DNA of 64,000 bases from the NCBI GenBank assembly GCA_028289325.1, contig JANQQN010000190.1:2275-66274 (forward strand), in the 5' to 3' direction. Position numbers and translations under genes: made by a program. This DNA comes from Myxococcota bacterium (lineage in GTDB: Bacteria; Myxococcota; Kuafuiibacteriia; Kuafuiibacteriales; Kuafuiibacteriaceae). Below the pieces are notes generated by a model. It made no database searches and had not been told where the DNA came from. It was given only the letters and a program-made list of their open reading frames with translations. This document shows, in pieces, positions 1 to 8,312 of this stretch. Numbering within the stretch: the first letter of the stretch is position 1; the number at the start of each line of letters is the position of its first letter.

Positions 1-740
1 CCGGCGTTCGCCCCCGTATCATCGCTATCCGCGGCTACATCGCGCTGACGATGGGCGACGTCGCGGCCGCCTATCGTCACCTCAGCGCCGCTGCGGCGTC
101 CAACCCCGGCAACGCTCACATCCAGGAGGCGCTGGGCTATACACTTCTCGATCTCAAAGAGGTCAAGCGGGCGCTCGAAATTGACGCGCCATCCAGCCGG
201 CTATCCGCGCTCGCCATGCGGGGCAAGATCGATGAGGCCCACGAGATCGCAAAGCGCCACCTCGACGATCCGAAGGTCGTGGTCGCCGCGGTTCGCGCGC
301 TCACCGTGTTCGAGCGCTACGAGGCGGCAGCAGCGCTCATCGATCCACCGTCGGGGGCGGGGATGCAGGCCTTCGCGGCGGCGAATCCTTCTGCGGTCAC
401 CAACGTCGTCCTCGTCTATCGGGCCCTCGGACGGAAGGCCGAGGCCGAGCGCGCGTTAAGCAAAATCCAGCAGCTGGCGGACACCTGCCGCGAACTCGGT
501 TACGAAAACAACCCGGCCAACCTGGTGTTCCTCGCCGAGTACGAGGCGCTATCGGGCCGGCTCGATGAGGCGGAAGCGCTCTTCGTACGGGCGGTCAAGC
601 GGGGCTACGTCGGCGTCGAGGCCGCCGCGACCGCGCTAAAACCGCTCCAAGGCCGGCAAGCCTATCGAGACGCGGTGGCGATGATGAACGTTCGCATCGA
701 CGAGGCCCGCAAGGAGCTCGGCTGGGCGCCCAAGCCCTGA
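1..740 (+). CDS. TPR-like helical-repeat protein, C-terminal part (5' end outside window)
   Basis: The reading frame is open from the window edge, with no stop upstream of the ATG at 51. Ala/Leu-rich helical repeat pattern (AYRHLSAAAASNPGNAHIQEALGYTLLDL...). Confidence 0.45.
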   Translation, partial: GVRPRIIAIRGYIALTMGDVAAAYRHLSAAAASNPGNAHIQEALGYTLLDLKEVKRALEIDAPSSRLSALAMRGKIDEAHEIAKRHLDDPKVVVAAVRALTVFERYEAAAALIDPPSGAGMQAFAAANPSAVTNVVLVYRALGRKAEAERALSKIQQLADTCRELGYENNPANLVFLAEYEALSGRLDEAEALFVRAVKRGYVGVEAAATALKPLQGRQAYRDAVAMMNVRIDEARKELGWAPKP

Positions 741-886
741 CCCGACGCGGGCGGTAATGTCCCCTAAGGGGGCGAGCAGCCGCCGGGGCGACCGCGGCCG
801 TTGCCGATTGATACGGCATGCCCCGCCAAAGGCGCATCGAAGGCGAGGGAGACGTGGTACGTTCCTCGCGTCTCGGGACCTCCGTC

Positions 887-2569
887 ATGTCCGTAAGCAA
901 TCATCCACCGCTTGCGCTACTGGCGCTGCTCTTGATCTTCCCTCTGTCGATGGGGCTGTTCGGCTCGATGAAGCCGGCAAAAGCCGCGACGTTCCTAGTG
1001 TTCATCACCGCCCTGTTCGGCCCCGAGCTCGCCTTCTACAAGCTTCCGTCGTTCCCAGCCCTCGACAAGCGGGTCCTGCCCTACCTGTTCATGACGATGG
1101 CCGCGATCGGATTCGCGTCCAACCGCTTCTTTCGGCGGGCGCCGGGGCTCGGCCCGGAGCTGATTCTGTTCATGGGGCTGTTCGCGGCCATCATGACCGG
1201 CCGCACGAATACCGAGCCGCTGGTCTACGGAACCTCGTGGGTCATCGTGATCCCCGGCCTGAACCTCAAGGATTCGATCGCGGCCGGACTGACCAACATC
1301 CTGATGTGCGCCATGCCGTTCATGCTCGGTCGCGTCCTGTTCGAGTCGCGGGACGATCTGCGGTCCTTCGTGCGCGTGTTTCTGCTCGTGATGTTCGCCC
1401 ACGTCCCGTTCATTCTGTACGAGATCAAGATGAGCCCGCAGCTCAACCTGATGGTCTACGGATACCGCGCGCACACGGACTTCGCACAGACCCTGCGTTG
1501 GGGGGGCTTCCGGCCGATGACCTTCATGCTGCATGGCCTCGCGCTGTCGATGGTCGTCCTGCACGCCTGCATTCTGCTGGCGGCGGTCAAGCGAGCGGGC
1601 CTGCAGCTGTTCAAGTTCATGAAGACCGGCCACCTGCTGCTGGGCATGCTGGTGGTGCTGGTGTTGTGCAAGAGCACGGGCGCGATCTTCTACGGCCTGG
1701 TCGCGGTGCTGATCATCCTCTACATGCCGCTTCGATTCGCCACCCGCTTCGCCCAGCTGTTGGTGATCATCGTGATCGCGTACCCCGCGTTGCGGGCCAA
1801 CGACCTCGTCCCCGTCGAAGGGCTGCTCGAGTGGGTCCGCTCGATCAACACCGACCGCGCCGCTTCGCTGCAGTTCCGGTTCGAGCAGGAGTTCATCCTC
1901 CTCGAGAAGGCGCAGCAGAAGTACTGGTTCGGCTGGGGCGGGTACGGCCGAAGGTCGGTCTACTCGGAGTTCAACGGGCGACGGATCTCCGTGGCCGATG
2001 GCTACTGGATTATCCTTCTCGGCGCGCAAGGCCTCGTCGGTCTGCTCATGACGCTCGGAGTTCCCGTTTACGCGGCGCTGTTCGCCGGCAAAAGAATCCC
2101 CAAGATTCCCAACGAGGAAGACCGTTGGCTGATGGTCGGCATTCTGTACATGGTCGCATTCGCTCTGCTCGACCTGATCCCCAACGGTCTGTTCGACAAT
2201 TATCCGTACTTCGTCGCCGGCCTTCTGTTCGGCTTGGCGAGCTACATGACCAGCAGCAAAGCGCTGCGCGCGGCGAGGACCGGCGGCGGGTATACCGAAG
2301 ACCTGGGGCCGCGAAGAAAGAAGAAGAGACGCCGGGGGCCAGCGCCGCCGGGCGCTCCCGGTTCGCCCGGCTCGGCATGGCGACCCGGGCCCGCGGCGCC
2401 TTCAGTCAACGAACAAGACCGGCTCTTCGAGTCCGCGCCGCCGCCTCCGTCGGCTGGGACGTACCACGATGAGGATGCGCTGTTCGATGACTCGGCCCCA
2501 ACGCAGGCGATCGATGGCAGCGAGCTGCATACGCTGCGGCCCGGGTCCGATCCGTCGAAGAAAGAGTGA
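887..2569 (+). CDS. O-antigen ligase/polymerase-like (Wzy_C-type) polytopic membrane protein with long basic/Pro-rich C-terminal tail
   Basis: ORF 818..2569. Start moved to ATG 887, just before the first hydrophobic segment. About 10-12 hydrophobic helices by eye, and neighbours are glycan genes. The family call is tentative. Confidence 0.55.
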   Translation: MSVSNHPPLALLALLLIFPLSMGLFGSMKPAKAATFLVFITALFGPELAFYKLPSFPALDKRVLPYLFMTMAAIGFASNRFFRRAPGLGPELILFMGLFAAIMTGRTNTEPLVYGTSWVIVIPGLNLKDSIAAGLTNILMCAMPFMLGRVLFESRDDLRSFVRVFLLVMFAHVPFILYEIKMSPQLNLMVYGYRAHTDFAQTLRWGGFRPMTFMLHGLALSMVVLHACILLAAVKRAGLQLFKFMKTGHLLLGMLVVLVLCKSTGAIFYGLVAVLIILYMPLRFATRFAQLLVIIVIAYPALRANDLVPVEGLLEWVRSINTDRAASLQFRFEQEFILLEKAQQKYWFGWGGYGRRSVYSEFNGRRISVADGYWIILLGAQGLVGLLMTLGVPVYAALFAGKRIPKIPNEEDRWLMVGILYMVAFALLDLIPNGLFDNYPYFVAGLLFGLASYMTSSKALRAARTGGGYTEDLGPRRKKKRRRGPAPPGAPGSPGSAWRPGPAAPSVNEQDRLFESAPPPPSAGTYHDEDALFDDSAPTQAIDGSELHTLRPGSDPSKKE

Positions 2570-2607
2570 TCGGGGTCGCGTCGGACGGCCCCTCCCCCGT
2601 GGAGAGC

Positions 2608-3405
2608 CTAAGGCGTCCGCCGTATGCGGTTGACCAGGGCGCGGCCAAAAAGGCGCCCTGCGAACGGCAGGTCTTCGATCAGATACCGGCGAGCCAGGCG
2701 GCGCGGCTCTTGCGATAGCCGATGCACCCATTCGAGCCCGACCCCCTGCATCCACTTCGGCGCGCGTTTCACGTCTCCGTTGAGGAAAGAGAGGCTGATG
2801 CCGACGCCGATCCACCATGCGTGGGGGCGCGCGTGGCGGATGCGCTGGATCAGTCGCTCGCTCTTCGGGAAGCCGAGGGCCACGAAGACGATATCCGCGC
2901 CGCTGGCTCGAACCGCGGTTTCGATCCGTTGGATCTCCGCGTCATCCCGCTCGAAGCCGAACGGTGGGCAGTAGGTGCCGACGATCTGAAGGTTCGGGCT
3001 TCTCGCGGTCAGAACGCGGGCCGCGCCGTCGGCGGCGCCGGTGACCCCGCCGAGCAAGTACACCTTGAGGCCGCGGGCCGCCGCGGCCTCGGACATGCTG
3101 CTGATCAGATTGGCGCCGGCGACCCGTTCGACGAGCGGGGTCCCCTGAAGGTGGGACGCCCAGATGAGCGGCATGCCGTCGGCGACCACCACGTCGGCCT
3201 TTTCGCAGAGCGACCGGATATCGGGGTCGACGAACGTCCGCCGAAGGATGTCGAGGTTGGGGGTCAGCAGCCACCCGCCGGTTCCGCCAGCGCAGGCATC
3301 GATGACGAGGCGGACGCATTCGTCCTCTCGGACGTTCAGGATCCGCAGGCCGTGGAGGGTGACCCAATCCGCCGCCTGCAGATATTGGTGAAGACTTCCG
3401 CTCAT
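2608..3405 (-). CDS. WecB/TagA/CpsF-family (GT26) glycosyltransferase
   Basis: 265 aa. Contains the block LLTPNLDILRRTF...ADVVVADGMPLIWASHLQG and a C-terminal PKWMQ..GLEWVHRL, as in WecG/TagA enzymes. Confidence 0.8.
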   Translation of the reverse strand: MSGSLHQYLQAADWVTLHGLRILNVREDECVRLVIDACAGGTGGWLLTPNLDILRRTFVDPDIRSLCEKADVVVADGMPLIWASHLQGTPLVERVAGANLISSMSEAAAARGLKVYLLGGVTGAADGAARVLTARSPNLQIVGTYCPPFGFERDDAEIQRIETAVRASGADIVFVALGFPKSERLIQRIRHARPHAWWIGVGISLSFLNGDVKRAPKWMQGVGLEWVHRLSQEPRRLARRYLIEDLPFAGRLFGRALVNRIRRTP

Positions 3406-3466
3406 CGTCGCTCTACCTAGTATGTCAGAAAGCCGGCCTCGATATCAGAATAAGCTATAAGAGCTC

Positions 3467-5110
3467 ATGGATCTGAGTCACTGGGGCTGGGGGTACGCCG
3501 ATAAGTTTCTTTCCCGAGAGGCGCGGATGCAACTCGGGGATCTCGCCGCCGCCGGCCTCGGTTTCAGTCCCTTAGGGCTCGACGAACCGGTCTCCCTGGA
3601 CGACGTCGTGCTGCCGGACACGGTGGTTAACGCGCCGAAGACGTTGTTGCATCTTTTCGATGGAACGTCGGAGGGCCGGATCCGAAACACGTACGGACGC
3701 GCGTACCGGGATATCCTCCGCGGCTTTCGGGGAGACTTCGCTTCCGCCCCGGATCTTGTGGCCTATCCCACGTCCGCCGACGAGGTCCGCCGAGTGCTGG
3801 ACTGGGCGTCCGACGCAAAGGTGGCGGTGGTGCCCTATGGCGGCGGTACGAGCGTGGTCGGCGGCGTCGAATGTCCGCGCCGCGACCGCGAGGAGGCGGG
3901 TCTCAACGGGGTGGTGGCCATGAATATGGCTCGGCTCGACGCGGTCGACGAGATCGATCCGCGCAGTCGGCTGGCGCGGATCGGCGCCGGAGCGCGAGGG
4001 CCGGCGCTCGAGCGCAAGCTCGGCGAGCATGGCCTGACCCTTCGCCACTTTCCGCAGTCCTTCGAGTTTTCGACCCTCGGCGGATGGATCGCGACTCGCG
4101 CTGGAGGCCATTTTGCGACCCTCTACACCCACATTGATGATCTCGTGGCCTCCATCGAAGCGGTGAGCCCGGTCGGGGCGCTGAAGAGCTGGACCCTCCC
4201 TGGCTCGGGGGCTGGCCCTAGTCCCGACCGGTTTCTGCTCGGCTCGGAAGGGACCCTCGGCGCCATCACTGCGGCGACGGTTCGGGTGCGGCCTCGCCCC
4301 CGCTACAAGGCCTCGGCGACGGCGGTGTTCGCGACCTTCGAGGCGGCGGCGGTCGCGGCTCGGATGCTGGTGCAGTCCGACCTGCACCCGACGAACTGCC
4401 GGGTGCTCGACCCCCGAGAGGCGGGGCTCAACGGCGTCGATGGGGCGGGCCGCGCCGTGTTGATCGTTGGCTTCGAGTCGGACGACCACCCTCTCGAGCC
4501 CTGGATGAGCCGCGCTCTGGAGCTGGTCAATGACGCCGGTGGCGCGTGCGAGGCCCCGGTTCGTTACGTGGCCCCCGGCGCCGACGGGCAGCGTTCGAGC
4601 CAAGGCGCAGACACATGGCGCTCGGCGTTCATCGACGCGCCCTACATGCAGACCAACTTCGTCAGCATGGGGATCATTATCGATACCTTCGAGACGGCGT
4701 GCACGTGGTCCGGTTTCGACGCGCTACACGCGGACATGATTCGCGAGGTCCGCGACGTCATGAAACGCGTCGCCGGCCGCGCGTTCCTATCCTGTCGATT
4801 CACTCACGTGTATCCGGACGGTCCGGCGCCCTACTACACGTTCGCGTGCCCTGCTCGCCGGGGGGCGGAGCTTCAGCAATGGGCGGAGATCAAGGCCGCC
4901 GCGAGCGAGGTGTTGATGCGGCACGAGGCGACGATCACCCACCACCACGCCGTCGGTCGAACCCATCGACCCTGGTACGAGCGCCAGGCCCCTTCGGTGT
5001 TCTTGACCGCGCTGTCGGCGGCCAAACGAGCGCTCGACCCGAGCGGCGTGATGAACCCGGGCGCGCTGATACCGGCGGCCACGCCGCCGGGCGGCGAGTC
5101 GGCGATGTGA
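3467..5110 (+). CDS. FAD-linked oxidase, alkyl-dihydroxyacetonephosphate-synthase-like
   Basis: 547 aa. PCMH-type FAD-binding block (VAVVPYGGGTSVVGGVE) followed by a C-terminal AGPS/D-lactate-dehydrogenase-like domain. Confidence 0.7.
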   Translation: MDLSHWGWGYADKFLSREARMQLGDLAAAGLGFSPLGLDEPVSLDDVVLPDTVVNAPKTLLHLFDGTSEGRIRNTYGRAYRDILRGFRGDFASAPDLVAYPTSADEVRRVLDWASDAKVAVVPYGGGTSVVGGVECPRRDREEAGLNGVVAMNMARLDAVDEIDPRSRLARIGAGARGPALERKLGEHGLTLRHFPQSFEFSTLGGWIATRAGGHFATLYTHIDDLVASIEAVSPVGALKSWTLPGSGAGPSPDRFLLGSEGTLGAITAATVRVRPRPRYKASATAVFATFEAAAVAARMLVQSDLHPTNCRVLDPREAGLNGVDGAGRAVLIVGFESDDHPLEPWMSRALELVNDAGGACEAPVRYVAPGADGQRSSQGADTWRSAFIDAPYMQTNFVSMGIIIDTFETACTWSGFDALHADMIREVRDVMKRVAGRAFLSCRFTHVYPDGPAPYYTFACPARRGAELQQWAEIKAAASEVLMRHEATITHHHAVGRTHRPWYERQAPSVFLTALSAAKRALDPSGVMNPGALIPAATPPGGESAM

Positions 5111-5126
5111 TCCCCGCTGACGGCCC

Positions 5127-6881
5127 TCAGATCGGTTTTGCGTGGCGAAGGGCGAAGTCGCCGAGGATCAGGAGGTCGGCTCGGCTCCGCCGGAACGTGG
5201 CCACCGCTTCCTCGTCGGTGTTCACGATGGGCTCCTGGATGTTGAAGCTGGTGTTCAGAAGAACGGGAAGCCCGGTTCGGGCCTCGAAGGCGTCGAGAAG
5301 CGACCATGTATCGGGATCCACGCTTCGATCGACGGTCTGAACCCGCGCGCTGCCGTCGACGTGAGTGACCGCGCCCAGGGCGGTGCGGCGCTCGGGGCGG
5401 ACGCTCACCACGATGTTCATGAACGGCGAAGGCTGCGGAAGCTCGAAGTACTCGGCCGCGCGCTCGGCCTTCACCATGGGCGCGAAAGGTCGAAACGGCT
5501 CCCGGTGCTTGATCTTGGCGTTGAGGGTCTCCTTCATCGCCGGGTCACCGGGGTGGGCGAGGAACGATCGGGCGCCGAGGGCGCGGGGGCCGTACTCCGA
5601 CCGGCCGCGGGCCCAAGCGACGACTTCACCGCGCGCGAGCGCATCGGCGGCATGGTCGGCGACCAACCTCGGAGCGAGCCGTTCCACGTCGCAACCATCG
5701 CTGTGCGCTTCGATCCATGCCCCGTCGGCGCGAACCGGGGACCCGAGTTTCGCGGACGTCACCTCGATGCGCCGGCCGGTCCGATCCGTCCAGACCAGCA
5801 GTGCGGCCCCCAGCGCGCAGCCCGCGTCGTGAGGCGCGGACGGAACGAAGATTCGGTCGAACGGCCCCTCTCGCAGCAGCCGGCCGTTGGCCGTCCCGTT
5901 GAGCCCGCAGCCGCCGCCGATGCACAGATGGCGCCGGCCGGTGTGCCGGTGTGCGCGGTGGGCGAGGGCGAGCATCGCTTCCTCGAAGACGAGCTGCGCC
6001 GAGGCCGCCAGCGCCATGTGGCGATCTTCCAACGGGCCGCCCGGAGGCCGCGGGGGACCGAACAGCGATACGAGGCGTTCGTTGAATCGACCGCGCAGCG
6101 CGTCGTGGTAGTTGAGAACTTCGGTATTTAATGTGTAGCGCCCCGACGGACGCACGGCGAGGATCTCTCGCCGGATCACGTCGGCGAAGTCGGGCGTTCC
6201 CAGCGGCGCGAGCCCCATCATCTTGTACTCCCCGTCGAGCATGCCGAAGCCCAGGAACCCGGTGAACGCGGAGTAGAAGTGACCCAAGGAGTTCGGCCAC
6301 TCCGTCGCGTCGACCCGTCGGCGCGTCGAACCCTCGCCGTCGAAGATGGTGGTCGAATGGGCTTCCCCGCCGCCGTCGACGACGAGACAGGCCCCGGTCT
6401 CGAACGGCGAGCCGAAGAAGCTGAGGCCGACGTGGGTCTCGTGATGGTCGACGAACACCACGTCTTTGGGTCGCTGACCTGTCGCATCCTCGAGCAGCCG
6501 AGGCACGGAAAACAGGTCGAGCCAACTGCCCGCGACGGAGGGGGCCGAATCCTCGCCGTTCGGGTCTCGGTGTCGAGACTGCAGGATCGCGCCGATCCGC
6601 TCCAGCTGGCCGCGGGCGAACGCCGGCCGCCGGACGGTGGTCGCGAGGACGTGTCGGGTTCGGACCCCCACCGCGTACGGGCGCCAGAATACCGCCACCA
6701 CGTCGATATCCGATAGCTGGTGCCCGCCCATCTCTAGACAGGCGCGGACCGCGCGGGCGGGAAATCGACCGTCGTGCTTGACCCGGCTCAATCGCTCTTC
6801 TTCGATCGCGCAGACGATCCGCCCGTCGTCGATGAGCGCAGCCCCGCTTTCTCCCATCGTCGAGAGCCCGAGGACCTTCAT
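5127..6881 (-). CDS. carbamoyltransferase (NodU/CmcH family)
   Basis: N-terminus MKVLGLSTMGESGAALIDDGRIVCAIEEERLSRVKHD is typical of the family. Start set to ATG 6881, which overlaps the upstream gene stop (ATGA). The ORF-track extension to 7106 is ignored. Confidence 0.85.
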   Translation of the reverse strand: MKVLGLSTMGESGAALIDDGRIVCAIEEERLSRVKHDGRFPARAVRACLEMGGHQLSDIDVVAVFWRPYAVGVRTRHVLATTVRRPAFARGQLERIGAILQSRHRDPNGEDSAPSVAGSWLDLFSVPRLLEDATGQRPKDVVFVDHHETHVGLSFFGSPFETGACLVVDGGGEAHSTTIFDGEGSTRRRVDATEWPNSLGHFYSAFTGFLGFGMLDGEYKMMGLAPLGTPDFADVIRREILAVRPSGRYTLNTEVLNYHDALRGRFNERLVSLFGPPRPPGGPLEDRHMALAASAQLVFEEAMLALAHRAHRHTGRRHLCIGGGCGLNGTANGRLLREGPFDRIFVPSAPHDAGCALGAALLVWTDRTGRRIEVTSAKLGSPVRADGAWIEAHSDGCDVERLAPRLVADHAADALARGEVVAWARGRSEYGPRALGARSFLAHPGDPAMKETLNAKIKHREPFRPFAPMVKAERAAEYFELPQPSPFMNIVVSVRPERRTALGAVTHVDGSARVQTVDRSVDPDTWSLLDAFEARTGLPVLLNTSFNIQEPIVNTDEEAVATFRRSRADLLILGDFALRHAKPI

Positions 6882-7681
6882 GACCCAACGCTCTTTACGT
6901 AGTCGATGAACCGGGTGCCGCCGTGCGTCTGGCACATTCGCCGGAACTTCTGGGGGATCGAGGTCCGCCCCACGTTCACGAAGGCGTCGCGGCGCACCCC
7001 GCGCTGGGAGCGGAGCGGTCGGTCGTCGAATTCGTGCGGATGGAGGTAGCCGGCGAAAGGACGATCGGGGCTGGTGCCTCGGGCTGCCCAAGAGATCATC
7101 GGCCACGGCAAGATTCGCCAGAAGCCGCCGCCGGCCGCGGGTAGACGCTGTCCTGCGACCTCGGCCACGGCGATGGGGATCTCCAGGAGCGAGGTGTCGC
7201 CGATCCGCCGGGGCCGGAGCGGATGATCCGGCAGGCCCGAATGCACGCCCCGGGCCGGCAGCACGCTCGACGAGTAGAGAAACCCCATCTCAGCCAGCGC
7301 GGGATAGAACCAGGGCTCGCCTGTAAACGAGAAGTAGGGCGCTCGGTACCCAACCGGGCGTTTCCCCCCGATGCCTTCGATGACCTCGATGCTTCTCGCG
7401 ACGTCGGCGCGAAACGTCTCAGCGGTCAGCTCGGGGATCCGTTGGTGGCCATAGCCGTGCGAGGCCAGCTCGTGGCCTGCGTCGGCGACCAAACGGACGA
7501 TCTCCGGATAGCGTTCCGCGGTGCGGCCGAGGAGGAAGAATGTCCCCAACGTCCCGGTATCATTAAGAATGTCGACGATACGGTCGACCTGCCGAGCGAA
7601 GGCGGCCCTCGCGGCTCGGGGCTCGCCGGTCTGCTCGACGTCGAGGTACCAGTCCTCGAAATCGATGCCCACCAAGTGCAC
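6878..7681 (-). CDS. polysaccharide deacetylase (NodB homology, DUF3473-type)
   Basis: Motifs GIDFEDW and GHELASHGYGHQ. Translationally coupled to the carbamoyltransferase. Confidence 0.8.
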   Translation of the reverse strand: MHLVGIDFEDWYLDVEQTGEPRAARAAFARQVDRIVDILNDTGTLGTFFLLGRTAERYPEIVRLVADAGHELASHGYGHQRIPELTAETFRADVARSIEVIEGIGGKRPVGYRAPYFSFTGEPWFYPALAEMGFLYSSSVLPARGVHSGLPDHPLRPRRIGDTSLLEIPIAVAEVAGQRLPAAGGGFWRILPWPMISWAARGTSPDRPFAGYLHPHEFDDRPLRSQRGVRRDAFVNVGRTSIPQKFRRMCQTHGGTRFIDYVKSVGS

Positions 7682-7699
7682 GGAGGCGACTTAGCAGTC

Positions 7700-8182
7700 T
7701 CAGCGAGGTTGCATCCATCGGAATCTTGGCCGCCAGATGGCCAACCCGATATTAACCACACACAGGGCCATGATGACCCACAGTCCCCCACGCTCGTGAC
7801 GGAGGGCATCATCGAGGGCGGCGGCGATCGTGGGGTCGCCGTTGGCGAGCTGGCTCGATAGCTCGGCCGCCCGACGGGCGGGCGCCTGAACCGCGACCAG
7901 AGTTCCTTCCAGCACGGCGAGGGTCAGGACGGCTTTCATCCATGCCCAGGGCGCGTCGTGAAACGCGCGGTGTAAACCGAACGTCGCAAGGCCGGAGAGG
8001 AGGACGACCATCAACGAAGGCAGCAGCAGCCACTTGGAGAGGGTAAGAATTCCCCATCGCACGGCCGCGAAGTCGCCGGGCGCAAGCTCGGCTGCGGTGA
8101 TGGCGAGAACGAGCTGGGCCGCGATCGACCCCATCAGCCCGACGGTGGCCACTTCGTGAATGAACTTGAGGAGCCGCTTCAT
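7700..8182 (-). CDS. small integral membrane protein (DUF2269-like, about 4 TM)
   Basis: 160 aa with four hydrophobic segments. The family name is from memory only. Confidence 0.5.
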   Translation of the reverse strand: MKRLLKFIHEVATVGLMGSIAAQLVLAITAAELAPGDFAAVRWGILTLSKWLLLPSLMVVLLSGLATFGLHRAFHDAPWAWMKAVLTLAVLEGTLVAVQAPARRAAELSSQLANGDPTIAAALDDALRHERGGLWVIMALCVVNIGLAIWRPRFRWMQPR

Positions 8183-8312
8183 GGTCGTGGTGAGGACGCC
8201 GGTGAATCTTTAGCGCGGTCTCAAAGGACGCGCTCGTAAAAAACGCCCGGTCCGGAACACTGGCAAATTCGCCGTGGAGTGCTAAGAAAAGCGCTTAAGG
8301 AAGCTATCTATC

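Noticed and set aside
757-2472. Long alternative-frame and antisense ORFs. Examples are 757..2472, 995..2029, 3572..4603, 5626..6888, 8451..9503, 10245..12323 (692 aa), 20666..21247, 22783..23652, 29330..30684, 29868..31217, 33813..34628, 41620..42606, 43887..45566, 55630..56649 and 57074..57982.
   Set aside because: Their products are Arg/Pro/Gly/Ala-rich and they overlap genes with clear family motifs. This is the typical shadow-ORF pattern of high-GC DNA, where one antisense frame shares GC3 bias with the true frame.
5127-7106. N-terminal extensions given by the ORF track. These are carbamoyltransferase to 7106, TolC-like to 40537, CheW from 15112, DUF1579-like from 27169, eRF1-like to 55125, OMP from 40110 and DUF3124 to 50581.
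   Set aside because: The extensions overlap neighbouring genes or are Arg-rich junk. Internal starts give canonical N-termini or signal peptides and often start/stop overlaps (ATGA, TAATG) with the upstream gene.
8255-8285. TGGCA-containing sequences upstream of the CheB-CheR-HK gene (ctggcaaattcgccgtgg) and near 31575, considered as sigma-54 promoters.
   Set aside because: The -12 element (TTGC at the correct 5-nt spacing) is absent in both.
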